This document shows positions 1 through 12,249 of a DNA stretch of 64,000 nucleotides, one piece after another. The position numbers and the translations under genes were made by a program. Position 1 is the first letter of the stretch. The number at the start of each line of letters is the position of its first letter. A model generated the notes under the pieces. It saw nothing but the letters and a program-made list of their open reading frames with translations, was not told where the DNA came from and searched no databases. This DNA comes from Oikopleura dioica (lineage: Eukaryota; Animalia; Chordata), in contig OU015569.1 in the NCBI GenBank assembly GCA_907165135.1, positions 10,912,001 to 10,976,000 of the forward strand, given 5' to 3'.

Positions 1-9
1 AACAGGTCT

Positions 10-3000
10 TTAAGCTTCTTTGCCATCTTCGGGTTCTTTTGATAAAAGCCAGTGAGGAAGTATCTTGTAGCTGATTTCCAGGCGCCAGAGCCGCGGAGAC
101 GGCTTAGCTTGCCAAGAATGGACAAGCCTTTAGGCTCGTCTCCAGAATACATGGCCAGCAATCCCTCAAAAAAGCGGCCCATCGGCTGGGATCGCTCGTA
201 GTCACTGAGCTTCTTGAGTAGAAGCTCACTGATCTCGATGCAGTTTTCCTTTTAGAGTTTACAAAGAGGCTATTCTCAACAGTGATAACTGGTAATTCAA
301 CTCAAACTCTTTCCTTTTCATCGCCTCCGGCCTTGATCAACGCCATTGCTTCGACAAGAACCTCAAAAACTTTATATTTGTTCGCTTTGGAAGCATCGAA
401 TCCAAGCAGATGTGCTTTTAACGCTTCTTCTGGCATGTTATCCGACTTTGCCTTGGTTGCTGAAAAGGATATTATGTCTTTCGGGTTCATTAAGTGACTC
501 TTACCCATTAGATCCGGTAGCCAGTTAGGAAGATTTTCTTCATTGTCTTCCATGAGCATCATGATCGTCGTAACATTGATAGGGGTGTTTTGAAGGACCA
601 GTTCCTCGCCTTGCTTTGCTAGAGCGGCTAGTGTCGCTAGAACCGGTATGTGCAGCTCCTCTGCGATCTCGTCATTCTCCAGTCGACGAGCTACTTCCTT
701 TGAAATGTCAGAATGCACACATCCCGATATTCGCATCAATCCACAAAGTGCCCAGACGTTCCAGGCATCATATGGTCCAGCGGCGATTTCGTTAAAATAT
801 AGTTCTTGAACTTTTTCGACGCGAGTAATGTTCTCATTGTTTACTTCCCTTCCGAAAGCTCGCAAATGTTCCGCTGCTTTCACATTGTCGAAGCTGGCAG
901 CAAATGCGTTTTTGATCTTTACGTCCCACGGGCACTTGTGTCTCGCAGCTGCAATTGCTTTGTGCGCTTTGAAACCGGCTCGCCCGACCATCGCGAGTTT
1001 CGTCGAGGAAGCGATGGAAATGTTCTTCGGGTTCGTGTCATCGTGGATAACAAATGGAATAGCTGCATTTATCTGCTCGTGTTTCAGCAAAAGTTTCGCC
1101 AGAAGAACTCTTGGTTTCTGATTCAGTGGATTTCGAAGTATCGCTTTGCCACACAGCGCCTTTGCTTTATTGAGATCGCCACGGACTACCGCTGCTCGGA
1201 CATTGATTTCTACAGCCACATCTCTATCTTCGGGGAGTTTTGAAGCTTCTTTCGCGACTGCATCCATGAGCTCTTGGTCTTGTTCAAGCCAGCCAACAAC
1301 AGAAAGATACTTGATCGCCTGTTGCTTGATAAAAGAAGGTGCTCTGGTGAAAACTTCGAACAAGTAAGTCTTCGCTTCATTGATCAGGCCTTGCTTCACA
1401 TGCGCTAGACCACAGTACAGCTTCGCCAGCTGATGACTTGGATTTTTGGCGAGAACTTTTTTAAAGAATTCCCCAGCCAAAGCAACCTCATCGCATTGCA
1501 TCAAAATATTACCGATTTGAAAGTTTTCTTCCTCGACTTCGGAATCGTCGAATTCTTCGATTAACTCCAGCGCTTCAGCTAAATAACCAGCTTTGGCATA
1601 GTTCCTAGCGCTGTGAATTTTTTCTCCAGCTTGTTTCCAGGCTTCTGCAGCGGAATGGTGGTGCTTGAGTTTTTCAGCCAAAACCGCGTGGACTTTGTGT
1701 TCTTTTGGAGTCAAGGGGTAAGTGTTGGCGGCTTTTAAGATGTGAGTTAACGCGTTGACGATTATCTGTTCGCTCTGGTTATGAATGTTCTTGGCGATGT
1801 AAAATGCATACGCCAGGGCAGCCTGGCGAGAGGCGAGCTCTGCAGAGTGACGTGACAGATCGACAGAGTCTGGATCGGCGATCGCTCGTGCAATTTCGGC
1901 CTGGCCATTCCAAGCCTGTGCGTTTTCCGGATCTGCACTTTGTGCGCGGCTGAACGCTTGATTCGACATGCGCAGATTTTCCTGGTTGAAGTACAAGATG
2001 CCCAAATTCGACCAGGCTTCCGTGAAATCGTGCTCGCTTTCGATCGCGTGGCAAAATGCGTGCTGGGCGAGTTTGGGATCTTTTTCTGAAGAAATAACTC
2101 CTAGTCGATTCCACAGCTGTGCTCTTCTGCTTAAGTGAAGCTTGCTAGAGAGAACGATTGCCTTCTTTGCGAAGAACAGAGCTTTCTGGCCATCTCCAGC
2201 GCGATGGTAGGCCATAGAGAGGTCAGAAATAGCTCGCGGCTCATCAGGCAAGATGATCAGTACTTTTCTATAGCATTGAATTGCCAGTTGGGCGCAGTTT
2301 TTCGATTCGATTGAGTCGCAATCTTCGGCCAAACTTTTGTTGGTAAAAAGAACAGGGACTTTTAGCTCGATTGTTTCAGTGTTTGACGCAACAAGTTGAA
2401 AGATATCAGCTGCTTTTTTCCACAAAAACGCAGAGTTTTCATATCCAGACTTTAATGCACGGCTGATAGACTCAAGCGCGTACTGGGCGTATTGCCCACC
2501 AAGACCAGGTAGCCACCTCTCAAAGTAGTCCTTGACCATGCTCGTCCAAACTTGCGCCTGTTCTATGTACGCAAGGCGGTATTTCCGCTCGACGAGGATA
2601 TCAAGCGTTTCCAGAGCTCCAGGAAGGTCCAAATTCGCCTGCTGCATTTGACTTAATCGAAGGAGAATGTGATTTTCTTGTTCTTCGTCTGTTGTCAGTT
2701 CTAGCGCCTTCTGAAATGCTCGTATCGAGGCGGAAAAGCTGCCCATTCCAGCGTAGCAGTTGCCAAGACCGTCAAGAAAAGTTGGATTTTTATCCTTAGC
2801 GATCGTTGACAGCTTCTGGTAAACTCTCATCCCTTGCTCGTACTTCCGAAGCTCCAGGTAAGCAATCGCCAATCGCTTCATTATAAACGGTTGTTTCTGG
2901 TAGAATTCAGGCGCAGACTCTAAAAGACTCAAGGATTCGGCCGGCGGGAGGTACTCGGACAGCAATTCGAAGCTCGCAAGGTTGAATTGAAGCTGGTTGC

Positions 3001-5015
3001 TCTTTTTGAGACATTTGACTGCTCTGACATCGTCGTTTAGATCTAGATAGGTTAAACCAATGTAGTAGAACGTCTCCCAGTCATTCGTGTTCTCTTTCGC
3101 CGATTTTAGCAGGAGTTTGTTGGCGGCTTTGATTTCCCTATGTTTGTATGCAATGATGCCCTCGAGTTTCGTCTTCAGGTAGCTCTTCGTTGCGTCTTCT
3201 TTTAAAAGCTCGGTGGCGACGTCCAAATAGTTGAGCTTGATCAGCCACTTCGCTTTGATGCATGGCAGTGTTTTACTATTAATGAAGTCTTTTAGTTGAA
3301 ATGGGATTGTTGGGGTGAGCTGAAGAATGAACTGTTTGTAGTCGATCTGTTTTTGATCTTCGTTTTCTAATGCACCTTTTTGGTATTTAAACTCTGTGCG
3401 GTAAACGTCATACGCAGCCTCTTCTCGGTCTTCTTTTAGAATCTCTTCGGCAGTATAGAGGTCTGAAAATGAGTTGAAACAAAGGAAATATTAAGTTAGA
3501 ATGATCACCTGTAGATCTAAAGAGAGTCAGCTCGAGAATAATGATTTTCAGCATCTTTGCCATTTCCTTTGATTTAAAGAAGACGACAAAACTGTTATCG
3601 ATATCTCTTCCCGCCAGATTTTTTCGCGCAATGATAAAGTTAAATTTTTCAATAGCTTGGAGCTCTTGACGACATGTGACAGCGCATTTATGGTAGTCGA
3701 CTTCATTGGTAGGATCTTTTAGACTTTTGAGCATTGTGCTGACGCGTTTCAATGTGTGCTCTGATTCCAGGAACGTTCGTTTTCCGTTTTCGTACTCGTA
3801 TTGTTCCATCCATTCAGGAGGGATGGCTTCTTCGTCGACACTTCCATTTAGCCATAGTGAAAAAACTGCGTGTTTCTGAAAAGGAAGCTGTTTTTATAAA
3901 TATTTTAACAGTAAAAGACTCTCGCACGCAAATAAACTAAATTAAGGATACAACTTTCTAAAAAAAATGTTGGTGTCACTATTCTATTTCTTTTAACGAT
4001 TCGAAATAAGAAATTAGTCTGTTCGAAAATTCGATTCTTGATGCTGTTCCCCTTCCAGTTTTACCTTTGAGCGAGCAGTTGGAGGCATGACGCCATTCTC
4101 CGTGAGAATCTGAAACGGAACCCTCTCCCATGTCTCGTGGAGCAGCTCAAGTCGCTTTGGATCTTCGAGCTCACGGTAAACCCGAAAGTACACAGGCCAG
4201 TTCTCAAGGCTACTCGCCAAGTCCAGCGAGTCAGCAAGCAGCGCGCTTCGTCTGTCATATTTTCCAAACTTGTCACTTCCAAATAAGATCGCGCAGTTTG
4301 CATCGAGTAGCTTTTGGAACTCCTTGCTTGCTTTGTAAAGATGCGTCAGGCCGAGATAAGCTTGGATTTTGGAAGGTTCTTCTTTGATTAAGCTTTCGTA
4401 GATGCCCTCTGCAGCCTGAGTAAATAAACAGTAGAATTTGGACTTACGGAAAAGGCAAACCTTGTATGATTGCTTCTCGGTCAAGATTTTGCCTTTGAAC
4501 AATCGGGCGACGTAGTTTGCTGGTTCAAAAGAGAGCACAAGGTCGACCTCTCTGAAGATTTTGTTAAGAGTTGGTCTTTGTTGACTTCAACAAGTCGGTT
4601 GCTTTTTTGAATGTGTCTGCTAGTAACTAGAAGTTGGAGTGTATTCTCCCGTTAGATTATGTACTATTCTATTTGACATTTGCAGCTGGCTTACTTTAAA
4701 AGTCACTTAGACAGAAACTAACCTCGTGGCGTCTACCCATTCATTGTTCGAGATCGCATCCTGGCAGCGTTTGAGAGCCGCCTTTATCTGAATAGAAAAT
4801 AAAGTTTTAATAATGTTACACTCTTTTAAAAATCTTAAATCGAAATCGATGCCTTTCTTCATATTTATCGATCTCTTTAGGTCGATTTATTTGGAAATGA
4901 TAAACTACCGAATTAGAGAAACTTTGGGCACTACTGTATTCAGAAGCTATAACTTTCTCTTCGTTTTAGGAACAAAGTGCAGTATCAGCCAAACACTTAC
5001 AGTCTTGGAGGCCAT
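10..5015 (-). CDS. TTC37: Superkiller complex TPR subunit Ski3 (multi-exon)
   Basis: Spliced N-terminus MASKT|IKAALKRCQDAISNNEWVDATR|EVDLVLSFEPANYVARLF matches the TTC37 start. The TPR-rich 974-aa exon contains LWNRLGVISS...AQHAFCHAIE...EAWSNLGILY...DPENAQAWNGQA. GT-AG introns join the exons, and the last exon (ENCIEISELL...KEA*) ends at TAA 10-12. Confidence 0.9.
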
Positions 5016-5167
5016 GAGCCGATCTGGAGATCTCCTGCTTCGGCGCAAGGGTCGATATTTTTTCTCCACGCGTTATGATTGGTCGGGGCTCGTCGGGCGA
5101 CCCCGGATTTCCAGAAATAAGCAGGAGAGAGAAGTACTTGATTGAATACGTGCGGAACTGCTGAAGG
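5016..5167. promoter_or_regulatory. Bidirectional promoter between TTC37 and the LYR gene
   Basis: Divergent ATGs lie 152 bp apart, with an inverted CCAAT box (ATTGG 5078-5082) in a GC-richer patch. Confidence 0.6.
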
Positions 5168-5436
5168 ATGAGAGCGAGAACTCTTCAACTTTACAAGAAG
5201 TGTCTGAAAGTAACGAAAGAATTAAAAATGAGCGATCAAGCTTGGGCGTACAGGAATCGTGGATATATCCTTATTACTATCAATGCAGCTCTGTTTAAAA
5301 CAGTAAATATCCAATAAATTACAGTCGAGTTCAAAAAGAATTCCGGCAGCGAAGCGACCCGAAAAATATAGAATTGCTGCTTCAAAAGGCTGAAATCTTC
5401 GTCACGAAAAGGAACGGGGCAGAAATTGATCATTGA
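5168..5436 (+). CDS. Small LYR-motif (Complex1_LYR) mitochondrial protein, about 63-65 aa, 2 exons
   Basis: MRARTLQLYKKCLKVTKELKMSDQAWA(YS)|RVQKEFRQRSDPKNIELLLQKAEIFVTKRNGAEIDH* shows the LYR/LYK helix, a downstream FR and the DP..I..LL..A pattern. The intron ends at AG 5323-5324. Absent from the ORF track. Confidence 0.75.
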
Positions 5437-5839
5437 AGTTGTGCCAGCGCTAGAATGTCTATATCTACTTGTGTTAATGATTAATCAAGCCCCTTTGAAA
5501 GGCCTTTGCTTTGAATATTTTATTAAAAGCGCAACCGTTTAACTTTCCAAGAGCAACAATCAAACAAAAATTCTCTAGTTTTGCTTTTTTAGATGATCGT
5601 GAATCGAATTATGAAAAACTTGACGAAAGCGTGAATTTTAACGAAACGCAGTATTTATGAGAATATTTGCCAAGCGACAAGGAATCGGTTGAAAACTCGC
5701 TAACGCAAGAATTAAGTAAGATTGTTTATATCGAGAGAGATTCTGAAACGCAGAGAGCGTGAATTTTAGTTCCCACGCACTTATAAACAAACTTAGAGAT
5801 AGTTACTAACTTGCAGCTCGAACTTGAGTATCTAAGTGA

Positions 5840-7860
5840 ATGCGAGGAATTTACAACCGGGGTCAAGTCTTCCTTTTCGTAATTCTTTTCACAATCGTTC
5901 TGTGGAAGGTCTACACAAACGATACAGACGAAAAGGTACGCCACCTGCGCAATGCGATCCAAGATATCGAGCGCGTGCAACGATACACCTCCTCGAAACT
6001 AGAACTCATTTCAAATGGACTCGACAAGCTCACTCGCCTCAATCACACGAAACTAGAACTCAGGGGAATTCAGAACCTCAAGTCCTCGCTTTCTTCTATC
6101 TCCTTTCCTGGTAAGTCTTAAATTCTTGAGTTCTATCCTCTTCAACCATTTTAATCAACTAGGGCCGGCGGAGTTTCTCGATCATCTGCCCTCTGAGTTT
6201 TCTTTCACTCCCCTCGTGGATCTTGGACCAGACGCAATCGATGTCGACTACTTGCTCGGCATTCCGACCGTCAGCAGAGAAATACATAGCTACTTGCTAG
6301 AAACGCTCGACTCAATCGTCGAAGGAACGAAAAACTTCAAAGGGAAGTTCGGCATCGTCATCTACGTCGGCGACGAAAACGAAGAGCTGGTGAAGGGGAT
6401 TTACGCAGACATTCAGGCGAGGCTTCCTGGGAAGCCGATCAAGGTCATTTCTCCGCCGGCTGATTACTATCCGAACTGGGCGGAAATTGATGAATCCAAT
6501 ATTAACTCGTTCGGGGATGGCCCAGAAAGGAAGAAATGGCGCAGGAAGCAAAACTTAGGTTCGAGGCTCGAACCTAATACAGTACCCATATAACAGCCCA
6601 ATTTACAATATATAAATTCTTCATTTTTTAAATCAAAAAAGTAAAATAATGATTTTGATAGACTACCTCTTTCTATGGAGCTATTCACTGGGAAAATCCA
6701 AGTTCTACATTCAACTCGAAGATGACATCATTGCCAAGCCAGACTTTTTAACCTTCATCGACAAATCAATCATGAATGAGCCTCGAGGATGGTTCATGCT
6801 TGAATTCAGCAACTTGGGCTTCATCGGCAAGTGTTTTCGCGACTCTGACTTGAGGGTGAGTTCTTTTGATCTGTTGTAATTAAAACTGTGTGTTGCAGGG
6901 ATTGGCGAACTTCGTAATGCTCTTTTACAAAGAGAAACCAGTCGACTGGCTGCTGGACAATTATCTTTCCACGAAAGTCTGTAGCCCGGAGAAAAGTGAC
7001 AAGGATTGCACAACAGCGAAACACAAAATTAAGGTTAGCTTTGTAAGGTTTAAACATCAAGATACAGATTTCCCCAGGCAATTAGGTACTTCCTTCGCGT
7101 TCTTTTGGTAAAGTAAGATAAGGGTCTGGCGATATCATTTGGCCTCAATTTTCATATTTGCTGATTATTGATGTTTGCGCCAGTCTATGTTTATGATGAT
7201 TCGACGGATCGATAATTTTTGATTTCAGCGCACGAAAAAACCGTCACAATTCCAACACGTCGGCAAGCATTCCAGTTTGAACGGCAAAGTTCAAAACCTA
7301 AGAGATGCTTCCTTCTCGCCAAAGAAGGGCAAAGTGACAAGCAGCCGCAGCCCTGAACTCTCATCCATGCTCACAAACATTCCAGCTTACAAGAAATTCA
7401 CTTTGGAGCGTTTTTGGCAAAACAAGGCTTATTTTTGGGGAACCGAGTTTGACGACGGTATTTCGCGCAAAAATCATATTCAGCATTGAAAATATCTTCT
7501 TTTCAAGGTTCTTTTATTATTCTCAACTTTGCTGATGAGCTCGACGTCTCCCAAATAACCGTTCTCACTGGAGGAGAGCAGAATCCAAAGTAAGCTAAAT
7601 TAATCTCGCTGATTAAATATTGCTTTAGTGACATAATGCCTGAAGAGTCGACAGTATCTCTTTTCGACCGTGAACTCGCGGAATACGACGCCAGAAATAC
7701 ACGCGCGGAAGATGGTGAGCTGCTGGGAAGCTTTGGTAGTGATGGTCGTTTTACAAAAGCCCTCGAAAAGCCAGTCCGCGCAAAGTCACTCCTGTTAAAA
7801 ATCCACTCCACTTCGTCTTACTGGCTTTGTATTTATGACATAACAGTCACTACTGTATAA
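5840..7860 (+). CDS. MGAT4: Alpha-1,3-mannosyl-glycoprotein 4-beta-N-acetylglucosaminyltransferase (GnT-IV, GT54)
   Basis: N-terminal signal-anchor; motifs LGIPTVSRE..SYLLETL, FGDGPERKKWRRKQNL, FYIQLEDD, WFMLEFSNLGFIGK, MLFYKEKPVDWLLD, FQHVGKHSSLNGK; C-terminal lectin-like exons end at TAA 7858-7860. Confidence 0.95.
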
Positions 7861-8278
7861 GTTGCTGTCTCAGTAAGCAACAGTGCCAAAGTTTTACCGT
7901 TGATCTTTGTTTTTTTTCAGCCGAAACTTAATTGTTGTATATTTATTTAATTTTCATTGCAGAATCAATTCAATCCACTTTCTTCAACCCTCTTTTTGTC
8001 TTCGAATATTGTTTTTAGTTTTCGTTACATTTTTTTTCTATTTCCCGTTTTTATTACACATTCTTGCCGAAATAGAATTTTTTCAAGTTATGTACGCTTT
8101 AGTTTTCAAAAAAGAAAAAACTAAACTGCCCGTTCCCAATATTAACACAACCACTAGCTCCTGCTCTGTGAAAGTTCTGGTGCTCAAACCCTTGTCCTGT
8201 ACAATAAGAAGTCTTGAGACCAAAAAAACTTCATTTTCTTTCTGTAGAGTGACAAGGCAACGTGTGTATGGACGGAAT

Positions 8279-10751
8279 ATGTGGCTTCCCGCTATGGCCT
8301 CCCTGGTTGGTCTTGCCCTCGCAAGTCCCGAGCAAGACACGACTCTAGAATCGTCGCAAGTCAATCCCGCCAACGAAAAAGACACGAACCTGCTTGTATG
8401 CCGCTGCGGCATGGACAGCTCCGATCCAAAGAGCAACGATGCCAATAGCAAGTGTCGTCGAATTCAGTATCACAAAGATTCGAGAGGCATAGAAGGCAAT
8501 TACAGCGGCGTTCACATCGTCAACGACACTGCTTGCGCGATCGACCTGAAAATTCATCCCAAAGGAGTTTGCAAGAAAGATGTCTACGTTGATGGTCAAT
8601 CATCCGGATTCGTAAGTAGCTTTGCAAGACGTTTATTAATCGTTCATTTTACAAGAATAACGTCTACAACGCGATCAAAATCACGTGGGAATGCACAATC
8701 ATCGACGACAACGAAGACCACTTCCCCCAGACCTGCAAGTCACTCAACAAACGCGACGTTTACTGCTGCAATCGAACTGCAGAAGTGTGCGACGATGCAA
8801 GTTGGTGCCCCCGAACGGATGAAAAAGAAGATCCCCAGTTTTGTAATGATTTGAAGCAAACCAAGCTCGAAAGTAAGATAGTCCCTTTGTCTTTACTTCC
8901 TTGATTTTAATTTTTATCAAGGTTTGTTTTGGAAAGACCGTCAATACAAAAACGCGAAAGACGCACTGTACATAATCGTCGTTTCCATCCTTCTCACGAT
9001 CTTCCTCTCGTTCTGTACATATCGGAGATACCCAGATCGCGCAAGAATGCTCGCTCTTTCAGTCTTCGGCACAGTAAGTGTTTCTTTCTTTTTCCGGTTT
9101 CAATAAGAGCCAATTGAAGTGCTGCAATATGATTAATTTGCCGTCTACAAACGGACCTTACAATCCCGTCGACATGATTTCTGGCGAACCTGGTGACTCC
9201 GTAAGTACACTCACAAAGATCGTCATATTCTATTCTCTTACTAATACTGCATAAATTAGAACGATCGAACAGACATCACCATTCTACACAATGGAAGCCA
9301 CGAGGAAGACACGTCTGGATCAGGGCAAGGTGCGCCTGTTTGTGTCCAACGAACTATCGCCCGGGAAATAAAGCAACTTGAAAAGTAAGATCGTTTATTC
9401 TTGCGACAAGGAATGTAACTCTGCAAAAATCAGGCTGGCGAAGGGCCGATACGGCACTGTGTACAAAGGAGAGTACAAGACGCAATTCGTCGCGGTCAAG
9501 AAATTCCACACGAAAGAAGAAGACTCCTGGAAACGCGAAGTCGAGCTTTACAACACCCAATCGCTGGCGCATACGAACATTTTGCGATTCATCGCCGCGG
9601 ACAATCGAGATAACGGCGTCGCTGTAAGTTTTGTTTAGTTCAATTATTTGCGAATATGAAAAGCATGAACAACAAAAAACTAGACCGAACTCTGGTTGGT
9701 GACTGATTATCACGAAAATGGCTCGCTCTACGACTTCCTGTCGAGTAATGTTCTAACCGAAGAAATGTGCGTGAACATGGCGTTTTCGATTGTCTCTGGT
9801 CTTCATCATCTTCATCAAGGTTCGTTTAGAAATTGGGATTTTTTTGGAAACTGAGTGATCTGTAAGAAATCGACGGGCTTGTCACGAAAAAGCGAACAAT
9901 TGCCCACCGCGACATCAAATCGAAGAATATTCTCGTGACGAAGGACTTCCAGTGTTGCATCGCTGACCTGGGCCTTGCCTGTGAATGTGGCCCGAATGGG
10001 ACGATTCTGGCGGGCTCTGTCGAGTCTGAGCTGACCCCTTCTGCTGTTGCTCAAATGTCCACTGTTGGAACTGTTAGGTAAGCAAGAACTTGAATTGCGA
10101 GCTTTGAATTTTGAATTGAGGTACGTGGCGCCCGAGTTTCTCAAGCTGGAAGTGCAGAACGAGCTTTTCAATCCTTTTATGGATCTGACGAAGGCGGACA
10201 TTTACTCAACGGCTTTGGTGCTCTGGGAACTGCTCAACCGAACAGTCGGCTTCTTCGGCTCTGATGCAGAGTCCGTGCCCGAGTACCAGCAGCCATACGA
10301 CGGAATGGTCCAGTCTGAACCCACTATTCCTGATATGAAAAGGATCGTTGTTGATCAACGCCAAAGGCCCCCCATTCCGGTAATTGTCCAATTTACGAAT
10401 TTACGTCCTTTCAGAAGGGAAGCCAGCCTCGGCCGCTGATTGGCTAATTAGCGACATGATTCGCTGCGACATACAATAGAAATGAAATTTAGTTAGTCAG
10501 AAATGATAATCATTTCATAAATTGGCTTATAATTGCAAGAGAGTAGCGACTAATTTCAGAGCACGATTTCGGAGAGACTCTCAACTGGTGCAAACGAAGC
10601 TCCCTCCTCCGAAAACCGGCTCGACATTCTGGTCGGCATCGTGAACGAGTGCTGGACGGAAAAGCCGGCGACGCGGCTCAAAGCGCTCCGAATCAAAAAG
10701 GATCTCATACCTCTGCTAACTGTAAATGACCCACTTCAATCGAACCGCTAA
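8279..10751 (+). CDS. TGF-beta/activin type I receptor Ser/Thr kinase, ALK4/5/7 class
   Basis: Signal peptide, Cys-rich ectodomain, TM helix, GS box (TSGSGQG), kinase motifs [29 protein letters not shown]. The L45 loop [15 protein letters not shown] is ALK4/5/7-like. Confidence 0.93.
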
Positions 10752-11157
10752 AGTGTTCATTTTATCACGTTTCTCAACCCAAACTGCCAAACCGTGAAAA
10801 CATCTTCTCTACAAGTCTCAAAACTTTTAAACTTCTCAAAAAAAAAAACTTCTGCTATACTTTCGCCTCTTCTTTTTTATTTTTCTTGTATGTCTCTCTT
10901 TTTCGCAAAACAAAAAAGACCTTAAAGTTCCTAGCTTCTGCTAGAAATGACTATTATTATTTATATTCTGCTTCCCTAAAGAGCCATTCTCTACGTTTGT
11001 TCAAGCATTTATACATTTCATTCCCACTTTCAGGAAACAAAAAACTTTGAAAAAAAAGACTCTAGTGATTTGATTTGATTTTCTTATTTTCGTTATACAA
11101 AAATTTAAAAATTTAACGAGCGCTTTTTCATGATTGTATTTGAAAAAATACCTGCTC

Positions 11158-11675
11158 CTGGGCTCGGCAATCTGACCTGAGAAAAACCCTGAGTCAGGCC
11201 CCTGAGTACTGAGTACACAGGCCCTGACCTGTGTGCCTGAGTAAAATCGAGGCTCAAGAAAAAAAAACCCTGAGCCTGACCCTGACCTGAGTTAAAAAAC
11301 AGGCCTGAGTTGCTCACACAGGGCCTGAGTTGACGAAAAAAAGAACATAAAAGGGTCAATTTGCATGGTCAAGGGGGTCAAAATACAGCTATTTTCAATC
11401 TTATGGGGATTTTGTGATTATAGGACTTTAAGATTGTAAGTTATTTGGGAAAAATGAAATTATTAAAGTTTTTATGTATGGAAAAAACCCTGTGTTTTGG
11501 CCTGAGTCAGGCACCTGACCCTGACCTGAGTTCCTGAGCCTGAGCAGGCCTGACTGAGTACCCTGAGTACCTGACTGAGTGAGAAACCCTGACCTGAGTT
11601 CCTGAGAAAATATCGAGAAAAATTTTTCGAACCCTGACCCTGAGCCTGACCCTGTACTCAGGTTGCCGAGCCCAG
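11158..11675. mobile_element. Non-autonomous DNA transposon (MITE family 1), 518 bp, 8-bp TSD
   Basis: TIRs CTGGGCTCGGCAA..CTGA / TCAGGTTGCCGAGCCCAG; perfect TSD ACCTGCTC (11150-11157, 11676-11683); about 18-19 CTGAG subterminal motifs. Confidence 0.88.
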
Positions 11676-11774
11676 ACCTGCTCTTTTTGCTCATGATGTT
11701 CCACACCCATCCTTCCTGTAAAATATTTATAAATAGACGCTTCAACTCAGTCAGTCACCGTTATTTCTATTTAG

Positions 11775-12249
11775 ATGGCGCTCGGAAAAAATCGAGGAGG
11801 ATGAAAAGCGCTAGAATCGCGGAGCTTGAAAAACTTGAGAAAAGTGAGTTCAGGGTTTTTGAAAGGATTTTACTCGATATTTAGTGATGCGGAAATCGAC
11901 TCGACTTTTGGAAGGAAGACACCAAAAGTAGAAGTCGATGAGAATGAGGTCAAAGAAGAGGAAAAAGGAGAATGCTGAAAGCATGGAGGAGTGCACTAAT
12001 CAAGAGCGATCGGAAACGAATGATGCGAAAGAAGAGAAACCGCCGGCTAATGAAGACACTGAGCGAGAGCCAGAGCAACGAGAAAGAGAGTGTGCGAATG
12101 AGACTACACAAGTCGTAGAAGTCAAGAATGTTGCGTGCGAGGAAGTGATCGTCATTGACGACAGTTTCGAAGATGAGAATACTGAGGAACAAAAGCGAAC
12201 AGAAATTGTTGAGAGCGCTTCATCGGAAGAGAGAGAGAAAGAGTCTTGA
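11775..12249 (+). pseudogene. Disrupted or unresolved acidic, Glu-rich ORF with a SIM-like VIVIDD motif
   Basis: An acceptor at 11774 and a GT-AG intron (about 11844-11884) lead into the acidic ORF 11938-12249, but the spliced frame has an internal TAG near 11928. Confidence 0.3.

Noticed and set aside
4997-5433. Minus-strand spliced uORF overlapping the TTC37 start (ORFs 4997-5188 and 5236-5433)
   Set aside because: Largely the antisense shadow of the LYR gene plus the shared promoter; the plus-strand frame has the recognisable motif.
7907-8278. N-terminal extension of the 315-aa ORF upstream of the receptor
   Set aside because: T-rich intron or UTR sequence ending in an acceptor at 8247; the signal peptide starts at ATG 8279.
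11105-11884. ORFs with SGSG/TQG repeats; possible CRISPR-like array
   Set aside because: These are translations of MITE subterminal CTGAG repeats. There are no regular repeat-spacer units, and the DNA is eukaryotic.
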